From: Candidatus Bathyarchaeia archaeon
GTDB taxonomy: Archaea > Thermoproteota > Bathyarchaeia > Bathyarchaeales > Bathycorpusculaceae
Reading direction: 5' to 3'
Assembly (NCBI GenBank): GCA_049515895.1
Contig: JBEKTQ010000012.1
Location: 25,026 to 89,025 of the forward strand
DNA: 64,000 nt
The notes beneath the pieces were generated by a model. It saw only the letters and a program-made list of their open reading frames with translations. It was not told the DNA's origin and made no database searches. Shown here in pieces: positions 40,711 through 49,218 of this stretch (position 1 is the first letter of the stretch; each line of letters starts with the position of its first letter). Made by a program: the position numbers and the translations under genes.

Positions 40711-42285
40711 ATGTCAAAACAGCCTATTTGGTCTATATTTCTTCGCCTAGTTGGGGATGGCGGCTGGTCAAGTGAATTTGCAAGTGTTCAACTGCTTCTT
40801 GAGCACCTCAAGCGGAGGGGAGGTTTCGAGTCTACAAGAGAGAACTACTGCACTAACTTGAGGTCAACTTGTGTTTGGGTTACATCTGAACTTAAGAAGC
40901 TTAACCTCTGGAACAGCGATAGCACTATTGACCCTGACAAACTCGTTTCTTTGGCAAAACAAAACCCTGATCTTATAACGCGATTGGTGCAAACCAGAGC
41001 AGATAAATATAACTGGAACAAGTCTATCTGCTATGCCAATTTAATTATTGCCGCAAATCGAACTTTCTTTAAGGTTAACAAAATAGAGCTTGATCTCAAA
41101 AGTTTTACCCACCGCGTCAGAGGTGGTAGAAAAAAGCAGGAATATATTCCGTCTTTGAATGAAGCATTAAGAATGGCTAACCTTGCAGGTAGTAATCGAA
41201 ATCGGCTAATTATTCTGGTTTTGACATACACTGGCTTGAGAAACTCGACTTTGAGAGCTATTGTTTACGATGAAGAATATCCAGACCCGTTGCTTCAACA
41301 ATATTCAATTAAAAAGCAATTAGACAAAGGGGAGAAATTTCTGGCAATTGTTGTTGACGAGGCAATGAAAAAACATGTTAGCAGAGCTTGCAAAAATAAC
41401 ATTCCATATTACACGTTCTTGCCACCTATAGCTACCGAGGCTCTCCAGCTTCACCTGCGTAACATAGAAAGAGTTTATGGAATGCTGCGCAATGATCAAC
41501 CCATTTTTCACACTGAAAATAGGAGAATACCGTTATGCGACAGGCTAAGAACGCCAATATGTTCTCGTGAGCTTCAGGAAATTGTAAAGAATGCGGCTAA
41601 GAAAGCGGGAATCACAGAGTGGCGAAATGTTTACCCTCATTGCTTGCGCAAGACGTATGAGAGCTTGCTTAGAGATCAACCAGATACAGTAAGATTAGAT
41701 GTAAAGGACAGGGAATTTGTCTTTGGTCATATCATGTCTGGGAGTCAGGACACATATTATGACAAAACAAAAATTGAAAAGATGCGCTCGAAATACTCAA
41801 AAATGATTTTTGAGCCAGTAATAATTGAAACAGAAGAGAAGGTGGTAACCGACGTAGATGCGCCGACCTACATGCAACAAGGCTGGCATTTTGTCGCACA
41901 GTTGCAGTCTGGAAAAGTAGTAGTTTCGAGACAAGTTAAATTAAATCAGGCCGATCCCGATAAAGCCTTTAATGGCATCCGAGAAACCGAGACAAACGCT
42001 CAGAAAACAGTAGCTCCCTCAAAAACATGCGCCCCCCGCTCTTTACTTAACTCAGAACCATCCAATAACGTTCAATCCAGTGCAAGCGATCCAATCACAA
42101 AAAAAGAGCAAGATTTTTCCAATCAATTGACGAATCATACACACAATGACTCAGAAACACAACTGCCACTGCCAATGGAGTCTTTACCCATGGCGAAAAA
42201 CATTATTGATGAAGGAGGTAACAAACACGCACTCGAAGCAAAAACAGTACAGAAAACTTTGTTCGCCTTTTCGATTTTGAAATAA
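40711..42285 (+). CDS. Tyrosine recombinase with long C-terminal tail
   Basis: TGLRNSTL, PHCLRK, FGH...DTYY catalytic motifs; GGAGG before ATG 40711. Confidence 0.92.
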   Translation: MSKQPIWSIFLRLVGDGGWSSEFASVQLLLEHLKRRGGFESTRENYCTNLRSTCVWVTSELKKLNLWNSDSTIDPDKLVSLAKQNPDLITRLVQTRADKYNWNKSICYANLIIAANRTFFKVNKIELDLKSFTHRVRGGRKKQEYIPSLNEALRMANLAGSNRNRLIILVLTYTGLRNSTLRAIVYDEEYPDPLLQQYSIKKQLDKGEKFLAIVVDEAMKKHVSRACKNNIPYYTFLPPIATEALQLHLRNIERVYGMLRNDQPIFHTENRRIPLCDRLRTPICSRELQEIVKNAAKKAGITEWRNVYPHCLRKTYESLLRDQPDTVRLDVKDREFVFGHIMSGSQDTYYDKTKIEKMRSKYSKMIFEPVIIETEEKVVTDVDAPTYMQQGWHFVAQLQSGKVVVSRQVKLNQADPDKAFNGIRETETNAQKTVAPSKTCAPRSLLNSEPSNNVQSSASDPITKKEQDFSNQLTNHTHNDSETQLPLPMESLPMAKNIIDEGGNKHALEAKTVQKTLFAFSILK

Positions 42286-42311
42286 TACTAATTCCCTTTT
42301 GAATTCTATCG

Positions 42312-43553
42312 CTAACGCAGCGTGTTTTGCCGCATTTTTATGTATTCTTCCATAACTTTGTCTGGATCTACGCCTGAACCCTCAAAAGCCCTTGCGACCG
42401 CCATCCTAAGGACCTTAAATTTATTTTCAACGATTACGCGTCCAAAGTTAAGTTTTGAATATTCTGCTCGCAACATTTCTACTTTCGTTCTATCAAAATA
42501 TGCATCCTCACTTCCTGGAAGGATGTGCCCCATGAAGAACTCCTGAATCTTAGGGTCTAATCTTCCGCCATCAACAAGTTCACTGTGAAGAACCGTCTCG
42601 AAGGCGGTACGGAGGCATTTTGGCTTAACTTGTCTCCATTGAGACAATCCAGTGTTCGCAGCAGCGGTTTTTACTACATGCTGAAGTTGACGGGGGCTCA
42701 TCGTTTTTAGTCTCCGATTATCGCGGTTAATCTGATTATACTCAGAAGTGAACAAGGGCTCCCTGCCAGAGATAATTCCGTACTTTTCCTTTCTTTCCCG
42801 TAAATAAAGTCGAAGGGATTGCGTTGCCTCATCGTTTGCGAACATAAAGTACGGAATGTTGCCCTTACAAGCATACGGATCTATTAGCTTCATCTCAGGA
42901 TAGACCGGAACAAGGATATTGCTTATGCCTCTTGAAAGCTCTTCTTCTACATCCTTAACCAGTAATGCCCTCAGTGTTGAGTTTCTTAGGCCTGTGCCGT
43001 AGAGCATTAAAATCAATGTTCTGTTTCTAAGCGAACCTGCTGAGTCTGCCATCAAGTATATTTCGTTCTTTCCAGGAATATACTCCTGGACTTTCCTATA
43101 CCTTGCTGGCATATGATATGCTTCAATCTCTAGCTCCCTGTTCCCTTTGAAGCCGTTGACCTTAAAGAAGGTTCTAAGCAATTGAATTGTGTTGTTAATG
43201 TATCTTAGGCTGCGGTTTCCATTATTGAACTGGTCTATAAAGTCTTGCATTCGCCCTTCAATTACTTTTTTTGGCAACTTAACGAGCTTGTCCGGATCCA
43301 ATTCCGTGTAAGTGCAAAAGGCGTAAACACAACGCAAATACCCCTGCCTTGAGGCTTCGCTACCACACTTTCTTGAAAGGTGCCTAAGCATCAAATTTAC
43401 GCTTTCATAGTTACTCTTCCATCCATCTACCTTAAGATATTCAAAACATTTGTTGTGCATTCCATAGAGAGACTTTCGTAGAGTTGTTAAACCACTCGTT
43501 CGCAAATTTATTGAGGGAGAAGGCTCCAGCGCGATTTCTTCATTAATCATCAA
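42312..43553 (-). CDS. Tyrosine recombinase, paralog of the adjacent one
   Basis: TGLRNSTL, PKCLRT, MGH...DAYF. Confidence 0.92.
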   Translation of the reverse strand: MMINEEIALEPSPSINLRTSGLTTLRKSLYGMHNKCFEYLKVDGWKSNYESVNLMLRHLSRKCGSEASRQGYLRCVYAFCTYTELDPDKLVKLPKKVIEGRMQDFIDQFNNGNRSLRYINNTIQLLRTFFKVNGFKGNRELEIEAYHMPARYRKVQEYIPGKNEIYLMADSAGSLRNRTLILMLYGTGLRNSTLRALLVKDVEEELSRGISNILVPVYPEMKLIDPYACKGNIPYFMFANDEATQSLRLYLRERKEKYGIISGREPLFTSEYNQINRDNRRLKTMSPRQLQHVVKTAAANTGLSQWRQVKPKCLRTAFETVLHSELVDGGRLDPKIQEFFMGHILPGSEDAYFDRTKVEMLRAEYSKLNFGRVIVENKFKVLRMAVARAFEGSGVDPDKVMEEYIKMRQNTLR

Positions 43554-43582
43554 AGATACCCATCCTTTATTTTATTTCAAGA

Positions 43583-44851
43583 TCAGTTTGATGCCTTTGG
43601 AACTTTTTCCATTGCGTCCAGAATCTTGCTGGGGTAAAACTTGATTTCCTTGTACCTGTTCTGTCTGTATTTGAAATCTCGTTCGTCTTTTTGTTCTAGG
43701 TTTTGGACTATAGCTATGAATTCGTCAAATATTGGCTCCAAAACTTGTAGAAAGTTCTGTCCTTTTTCGACTAATGAGCCGAAGTCAATTATTCCAGTTG
43801 TTGAGATATCGTACCATACCTGTAGATGAATCGCAAATTCCGTAATCCTGACGACGTATAATCCACGTTCCGATACAGTCCTCTTGACTTCTCTTAGTTC
43901 TTCCGCTTCGAGGCCTGCATTTGGTATTATCACGTAACCAATGTTGGCATTAAGCCCTCGCATGTATTCAGCTACTCTCTTTACCTTTTCTTTAAGAGAA
44001 GTTATGTTTTCGGTTGTTACTTCGTCGGCAACTATCTTTAATCTATGGTTAGTTATGAAAACATCAGGAAGGTACTGCCCGATTTTTTCGTTAAATTTTA
44101 CTTCGCCATTGTTTGGCCAGAAAATAGTTGTAATTTTCCTTACGCTTTGTTCATGAACTGCTTGGGCAGTTCTTGCTTCGCCAAGTTCTTCTAGCTGAAC
44201 CTTAAGCGGATCCCTTTCAAGCTCCGTAACTTTTTGCCTTAATGCTTCAATTTCCTTTCGCATTTGAGTGTGTTCCTTTTCCTCAAGTACTTTAAATGCC
44301 GCTTCCAATTTGGAGGTCATGTTGCTTAGCTGAGCAGCAGTTTGCTTGTAGGCCTCAACGTTCCGATTAGTAATTTCTCTAAAAGCGCTAGATGTGTTAA
44401 CATTCATTTGCGTTGCAGTCTGCTGGAAAACTTCAGCGTTCCGAGTAGTAATCTCTTTGAGGGCGTTTACTGTAGTTACACCTGTTTGCTTGTAAACTTC
44501 GACATTCCGGTCGGTGATCTCTCTAAAAGCGTTAGCAGTTGTCGAATTCATCTTCTCATAAGTATCATTAAGCAAATCAACAGAGTCTTGAAGTCTTTTC
44601 GAATATTCATTATACAATCGATCCCGCAAATCCTTAGAGTCAGAATCCTGCTTGTCGCGTACCTTGTCAATCTTCTCCTCTAAAGTCTGAAGCTGCTTTG
44701 TACGTTCTTCAAGCATTGCTAGTTGACTGGAAATTTCAGAAGATACCTTGACATCCGAGGAGCGACTGCGCAACCTCACTTTTTTCAAGAGAATAAAAAC
44801 CGCCGCAACCAACAGCGGAATTGCCAAAAGCCATAACCATTCCATTTTCAA
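43583..44851 (-). CDS. Membrane-anchored coiled-coil protein with PD-(D/E)XK-like C-terminal domain (RmuC-like architecture)
   Basis: N-terminal TM, coiled coil with three AFREITxRNxEx repeats, LPDVFI...VADEVT. Confidence 0.6.
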   Translation of the reverse strand: MKMEWLWLLAIPLLVAAVFILLKKVRLRSRSSDVKVSSEISSQLAMLEERTKQLQTLEEKIDKVRDKQDSDSKDLRDRLYNEYSKRLQDSVDLLNDTYEKMNSTTANAFREITDRNVEVYKQTGVTTVNALKEITTRNAEVFQQTATQMNVNTSSAFREITNRNVEAYKQTAAQLSNMTSKLEAAFKVLEEKEHTQMRKEIEALRQKVTELERDPLKVQLEELGEARTAQAVHEQSVRKITTIFWPNNGEVKFNEKIGQYLPDVFITNHRLKIVADEVTTENITSLKEKVKRVAEYMRGLNANIGYVIIPNAGLEAEELREVKRTVSERGLYVVRITEFAIHLQVWYDISTTGIIDFGSLVEKGQNFLQVLEPIFDEFIAIVQNLEQKDERDFKYRQNRYKEIKFYPSKILDAMEKVPKASN

Positions 44852-44865
44852 ACCACCGTCAAAAG

Positions 44866-45300
44866 TTAAGCATCATATATGTGCTTTCTGTGACCGCACA
44901 AGAAGATCATAACATTATTTGATCCATATTGGTTGCAGTCGTAACAGTTATTAATTCGGTCTTCATGAAGTTTTCTGCATTCTTCACAGATTGCAAAGAT
45001 TACTCTGTAATCACCCTTTCTCAAGCTCCGTTTTCCTTTAAACTTGGGAGAAACCAGTCTTTCTGATTCATAAGGCTCAAGAAATAAAACTTCTTGTATT
45101 ATTTTATCAATTAGCTTTTGTACAGGTTTATGGAGCTTGCGGAGTGTTTTATCAAACTCAACTGTCTTATGGCATTGAAAGCGAGACTGGCTTTCAATTT
45201 CTTTTGACAGAGTTCTGCTGTTTGCTCCGTCATTCAGCTTCTGATTTTTGGAAAACACAGTCACACTCTGTTTTTCCAAGGCATTCACGCTTTGTATCAT
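44866..45300 (-). CDS. RelE/ParE-family toxin with Cys4 insertion
   Basis: EFDKTLRKL...GKRSLRKGDYRVIFAI...GHRKHIY; CEEC...CYDC insert. Confidence 0.8.
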   Translation of the reverse strand: MIQSVNALEKQSVTVFSKNQKLNDGANSRTLSKEIESQSRFQCHKTVEFDKTLRKLHKPVQKLIDKIIQEVLFLEPYESERLVSPKFKGKRSLRKGDYRVIFAICEECRKLHEDRINNCYDCNQYGSNNVMIFLCGHRKHIYDA

Positions 45301-45390
45301 ACTTTTTCACTACTTTAACACTACTTACCCACTATACACTCGGTCGTATTTAAATATTACTTAGAATGAAGTATATGTAGTGACAAAGTC

Positions 45391-45546
45391 ATGGCCATCG
45401 TTAAATTCAACCGCACAATTAGACAAAGCGGAGGATCAGCTGCCATCGCTGTACCTCCAGAGTTACTGAACGCTTTAAATTGGAAGATAGGCGATCCTGT
45501 AGAACTATATGCCGATGAGCAAAAACTTATAATAAAAAAAGTCTAA
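45391..45546 (+). CDS. AbrB/MazE/SpoVT-family DNA-binding protein (not in ORF track)
   Basis: Translates to MAIVKFNRTIRQSGGSAAIAVPPELLNALNWKIGDPVELYADEQKLIIKKV. Confidence 0.85.
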   Translation: MAIVKFNRTIRQSGGSAAIAVPPELLNALNWKIGDPVELYADEQKLIIKKV

Positions 45547-45732
45547 CTCGCCGTTTTCTTACATAGCAAGTTTGGACTGTAAAAAGTCCCGAAGTGAGAC
45601 GTTAGTGCCTCTAAAACGTCCCAACAGACGTACAAAGCCCATGAGAACCATTTATGTCGGCAAGTCTTTTATTTAAACAAATGACAATAGTTTGAACCAG
45701 CGCGCGCAAAAGTTAAGGTTTCTTTTTTCTAC

Positions 45733-47028
45733 TCAGGCATTTCTGTTAAGGCTTTTTGGAGTCGTTTTAGGATGTTCTAAGCCATTTTCAGAGTGCCACG
45801 TTCGACTAACTTTGGTTACCACGATTTTCCCGCTTGGCAAAACTGTACCAGCATCCCATCCATTAGCGAGGTATTGTTGCAGTTCGCTCTCGGCTACTAT
45901 TGTTTTTGATTCGCTTTCTTGGCTTCTAATTTTCTTTATTTCGTTCTGTATGGCAGCGATTTCCTCATCTGTTGTTGGTTCTTTCCCAGTTTCTTTTTGC
46001 TTCTCAATCTTCACTCGCAAAGGATCAATACCATTTGCTTCGGCAAAAGCTCGGATTGCAGCTAGAACTGCTTCATTCTTCACATTTCTTAAGTCCACAT
46101 TATCCTTGAAAATCGAAAGATGCGGCATACACTTCAGATAATCTTTAGCCCTTTCTTCTTCGGAGCGTCGATAATACGTTTGCTGGTATGATCCGTGTCC
46201 CATCATTGCATGAGAAGCAGTTTCCCCTATAACGCCCACCGCTTTTGAAAAAAAGAACTTCCGAAGACTGTACGGATGTATTTTCCTTCTACCGGAAGCG
46301 GTTGTTTCTTTGCTTTTGCCAAGACCTGCTTTCTCGATGCACTCTGTTATTGTACTCCACGCACGGTCCTCGCTTACGTGAGCGTGCTCGTCGGCTTCGG
46401 AAGGAAAAACCCAAAGGTCAGCCTTATTTCGTTCTCCAAGATATCTCTTGAGGTATTCTGTTGCTTCGTCAGAGATGTAGACGGTTCTGCCTTTTCCAGT
46501 TTTCCTGGCAACCTTTGCGGAAAGCGCAATTCTTGTGGGCTTTACATCAAAGTTTATGTTTCCAATTTTGAGGACTATGGCTTCGCCCAAGCGCATTCCA
46601 GAGGTTGCCATAACCAGAATCAAAGTCTTAGTTCTAAGTTTGCCCCACGACAGAATACCTCTTAACTCTTCGACGGTTGGTGCGCGGTCATCAGGGTCCT
46701 CAACCCTTGGCAAAACAACTTTGGCGCGAAAACGCACAGTATCCACAACCACATCGTTAAAAGCAAAATACCGCACAACTCGATTAACGTAACCGTTTAT
46801 TGTAGATGGGCTTGCTTCTGCCTTGTCAAGCGAACCGACAAACTTGTCTAAGGTCTCATAAACATCCAGCTGATTACTTTTCACTTTAAATATTACGCTT
46901 TCTGCGGATTCGCCCATTTCTCGGTCAAACACTCGCAGCGCCATCTCCACAGCGTGCATGCTGTTTTGCGAACGGCTGCGGCGGTAAACTCTGTCAAGCC
47001 AGTCTTGCCTGCGCACATCCATAATCAT
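45733..47028 (-). CDS. Site-specific integrase (tyrosine recombinase)
   Basis: SGMRLGE, HPYSLRKFF, MMGH...TYY; starts about 80 bp downstream of tRNA-Ser 3' end. Confidence 0.93.
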   Translation of the reverse strand: MIMDVRRQDWLDRVYRRSRSQNSMHAVEMALRVFDREMGESAESVIFKVKSNQLDVYETLDKFVGSLDKAEASPSTINGYVNRVVRYFAFNDVVVDTVRFRAKVVLPRVEDPDDRAPTVEELRGILSWGKLRTKTLILVMATSGMRLGEAIVLKIGNINFDVKPTRIALSAKVARKTGKGRTVYISDEATEYLKRYLGERNKADLWVFPSEADEHAHVSEDRAWSTITECIEKAGLGKSKETTASGRRKIHPYSLRKFFFSKAVGVIGETASHAMMGHGSYQQTYYRRSEEERAKDYLKCMPHLSIFKDNVDLRNVKNEAVLAAIRAFAEANGIDPLRVKIEKQKETGKEPTTDEEIAAIQNEIKKIRSQESESKTIVAESELQQYLANGWDAGTVLPSGKIVVTKVSRTWHSENGLEHPKTTPKSLNRNA

Positions 47029-47108
47029 AGTGGTTATGTCTCCAGAGCATACTGTGCTGGGTTTGCTTATAAAGCATGCCCTAAAAATGAAATAACCCAT
47101 TGAAAAAG

Positions 47109-47192
47109 CGCGGGATGTGGGATTTGAACCCACGCGGCCTTTCGACCACAGACTTAGCAGGCCTGCCCCCTACCAGGCTAGGGCAATCCCGC
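47109..47192 (-). tRNA. tRNA-Ser(GCT)
   Basis: Acceptor GCGGGAT/ATCCCGC+G, anticodon arm CAGGC-CTGCTAA-GTCTG, long variable arm, GTGGGTTCAAATCCCAC T arm; no encoded CCA. Confidence 0.97.
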
Positions 47193-47564
47193 ACAACGAT
47201 GTTTTGTTGATCCAAGCCTGATTTAGACTTATTCAGATATTCGATTTGAACACCTAAGTGGTCAGTCTCAGCCATTTCAGTATGAAGTAATTTAATTAAA
47301 GTTTTCTGAGCATTTAAACCACTGCCTATGCCAAGCCGTTAATCCGCACATTACTAAGAAGAAGCAGACAAGTTTCCAGCTAAACAAAACTAGCCTTTTC
47401 TTTGTAATGCTAACATACATTTACAAGGATTGAGAAGCATCAAAGCTTCGTAACCAACATGCGAAAAAGAAAATGGAAAAATTCTCTTTAACAAAGGATA
47501 AAAGGAACGAGGTAAAAAAGAATACTTGAGTAAATACTGCTCATGTCCGTTTTGAGGTTTAAGT

Positions 47565-47996
47565 ATGGTTGAGAAATTGTCTAAATCCGACGTTGCATTC
47601 ATCCAACAGCTTCCAGTCGGCAGGCTTGCAACTGTAACCAAAGAATGCGAACCCGTGGTGAGACCTATCTGGCCTGTTTTTGACAGCGTGTTTTTTTACT
47701 TCGCATCTGACCCTGACATGCCCAAACTTGAACATCTCGAAGAGAACCCCGAAATCTCATTGGTTCTCGACGACTACGATAGAGAAAACTGGGCCGCCGT
47801 AAAAGGAATCCGCGTGCAAGGCGAAGCAGAAATCATGTGGGAAGGCGAAGAATACCGCTACGCACATTCCCTTCTTGAAGAAAAATATCCCGAATACAGA
47901 ACCACAGACGGCGGCTGGAAAGAAGGCGACGTACCCATCATCAAGATTACACCCACAAGCTACAGCAAATGGGCCACCGCACAATGGAAAAAATAG
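47565..47996 (+). CDS. Pyridoxamine 5'-phosphate oxidase-like (flavin/F420-binding split barrel) protein
   Basis: VGRLATV...PVVRPIW, KLEHLEENPEISLVLD, RVQGEA. Confidence 0.88.
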   Translation: MVEKLSKSDVAFIQQLPVGRLATVTKECEPVVRPIWPVFDSVFFYFASDPDMPKLEHLEENPEISLVLDDYDRENWAAVKGIRVQGEAEIMWEGEEYRYAHSLLEEKYPEYRTTDGGWKEGDVPIIKITPTSYSKWATAQWKK

Positions 47997-48761
47997 TTAC
48001 TTTCGCCCTCTGATTATACCTATCCTGCCAACCATAAACGGCAACTTCAAAACCGCTGGGATAAAGGGCGCATTCCTTGTTTCCACAAACTCAACCTCGC
48101 TCACACCCCAGCTTTTTATCGTCGCGACCAAATCGTCCACGTCGCCGTACATGGATTTGAGCAAAAACAAATCTTGAAAAGCAAATTTTCCATCCTTCTT
48201 AACCACCCGCAACGCTTCACGAATCACTCCGCGTTTATCTTTTGAATCTGCTACTTCGTGGAAGCACAAGTTGCTCACTGCGCCATCAAAATACCCGTCG
48301 TCGAAAGGCAGCCTAGAAGCGCTCGCCTTCTCGAAAACCGCTCTATCGCCTACGCCCGCAGCTTTTGCGTTTGCTTCACAGGTGCTTTTCGAATACTCCC
48401 ATCGTTCACCCCAATAATCAATTCCAGTCACTTGCGACGTGGCAAACTTTTGGGCAAGCTTTATTGTTAATGCGCCGTTTCCGCAGCCTATGTCAAGGGC
48501 TTTTCCTTCGCCGTTCCAATCCAGCTGCGTGATTACAGTTTCCCAAATTTTGTTTTGAACGTTCCCACCCTTGGAAGAGAATAAATACCGAGCATAGGCA
48601 AAGTACAGCGCCACTGCAAAAAATATAGTCGAGGGGATAACCGCAGCCCAAAATAGAAATGCTGTCGCCAAAAGAGCCAGCCCTAAAATGCCAAAGATGA
48701 AAATTAAGCGGGTCGAAACCCAATTTCCAAAGTCAGGGACCGCAGTTGCTTGTTTAGCCAT
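47997..48761 (-). CDS. Class I SAM-dependent methyltransferase
   Basis: ALDIGCGNG, LPFDDGYFD, REALRVVKKDG. Confidence 0.9.
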   Translation of the reverse strand: MAKQATAVPDFGNWVSTRLIFIFGILGLALLATAFLFWAAVIPSTIFFAVALYFAYARYLFSSKGGNVQNKIWETVITQLDWNGEGKALDIGCGNGALTIKLAQKFATSQVTGIDYWGERWEYSKSTCEANAKAAGVGDRAVFEKASASRLPFDDGYFDGAVSNLCFHEVADSKDKRGVIREALRVVKKDGKFAFQDLFLLKSMYGDVDDLVATIKSWGVSEVEFVETRNAPFIPAVLKLPFMVGRIGIIRGRK

Positions 48762-48862
48762 CTCTACTCACCTAGCAGCTTTATTTTGCATCGGGATTCT
48801 ATTTAAAACTTCATCAACCTTTGGCAACCAAGTTTTTGAGCCAAACGAAATAACCGTTTGCT

Positions 48863-49081
48863 ATGCAGAACATTGATCCCCTGTTTGTCGTCCAACCCGT
48901 AATCGTAACCATTATTTGCGTTGTTCTTTTGATCTATTGGTACCGCAAGCGCCGTTTTCATTGGATGGTGCTTTTGTATTCTCTGGTAGCCTACTCCCTT
49001 GCCATAGTCCTCAAGTACGCAATGCAAATCCCAAGCATAAACGCAATAACCGGTTATTTCGGCTCAGCTCACTTCAGCTAG
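48863..49081 (+). pseudogene. 5' fragment of a membrane protein (YhfC-like intramembrane protease by recollection)
   Basis: Two TM helices then an abrupt stop just before the att-like remnant and integrase. Confidence 0.5.
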
Positions 49082-49160
49082 AAAAGGTTTCTGTGGGTTG
49101 TTTTTTTCGGTGTTTTTCTCAAAATTGCTGATTTTTAGGTGATGGTTCCGCCCCCTTTTT

Positions 49161-49185
49161 GGGTCGAATCCCACCGGACCCGCTA
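49161..49185 (+). other. tRNA 3'-end remnant (att-like site)
   Basis: GGGTCGAATCCCACCGGACCCGCTA = T loop, 3' T stem and acceptor strand, with no tRNA 5' part upstream. Confidence 0.7.
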
Positions 49186-49218
49186 ATACTTTTGAGCGAA
49201 TCCTTTAAATGACTCGGT

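Larger units (their letters stand above)
18500..47130. mobile_element. tRNA-Ser-associated integrated element / defence island (left boundary approximate)
   Basis: Integrase at tRNA 3' end, accessory nuclease/TA/recombinase cargo; no exact att duplication found. Confidence 0.6.

Noticed and set aside
47029-47133. Integrase N-terminus overlapping the tRNA (SSV1-type split integrase)
   Set aside because: Extension is translated tRNA sequence; the integrase looks complete from ATG 47028/47022 and no separate int fragment was found
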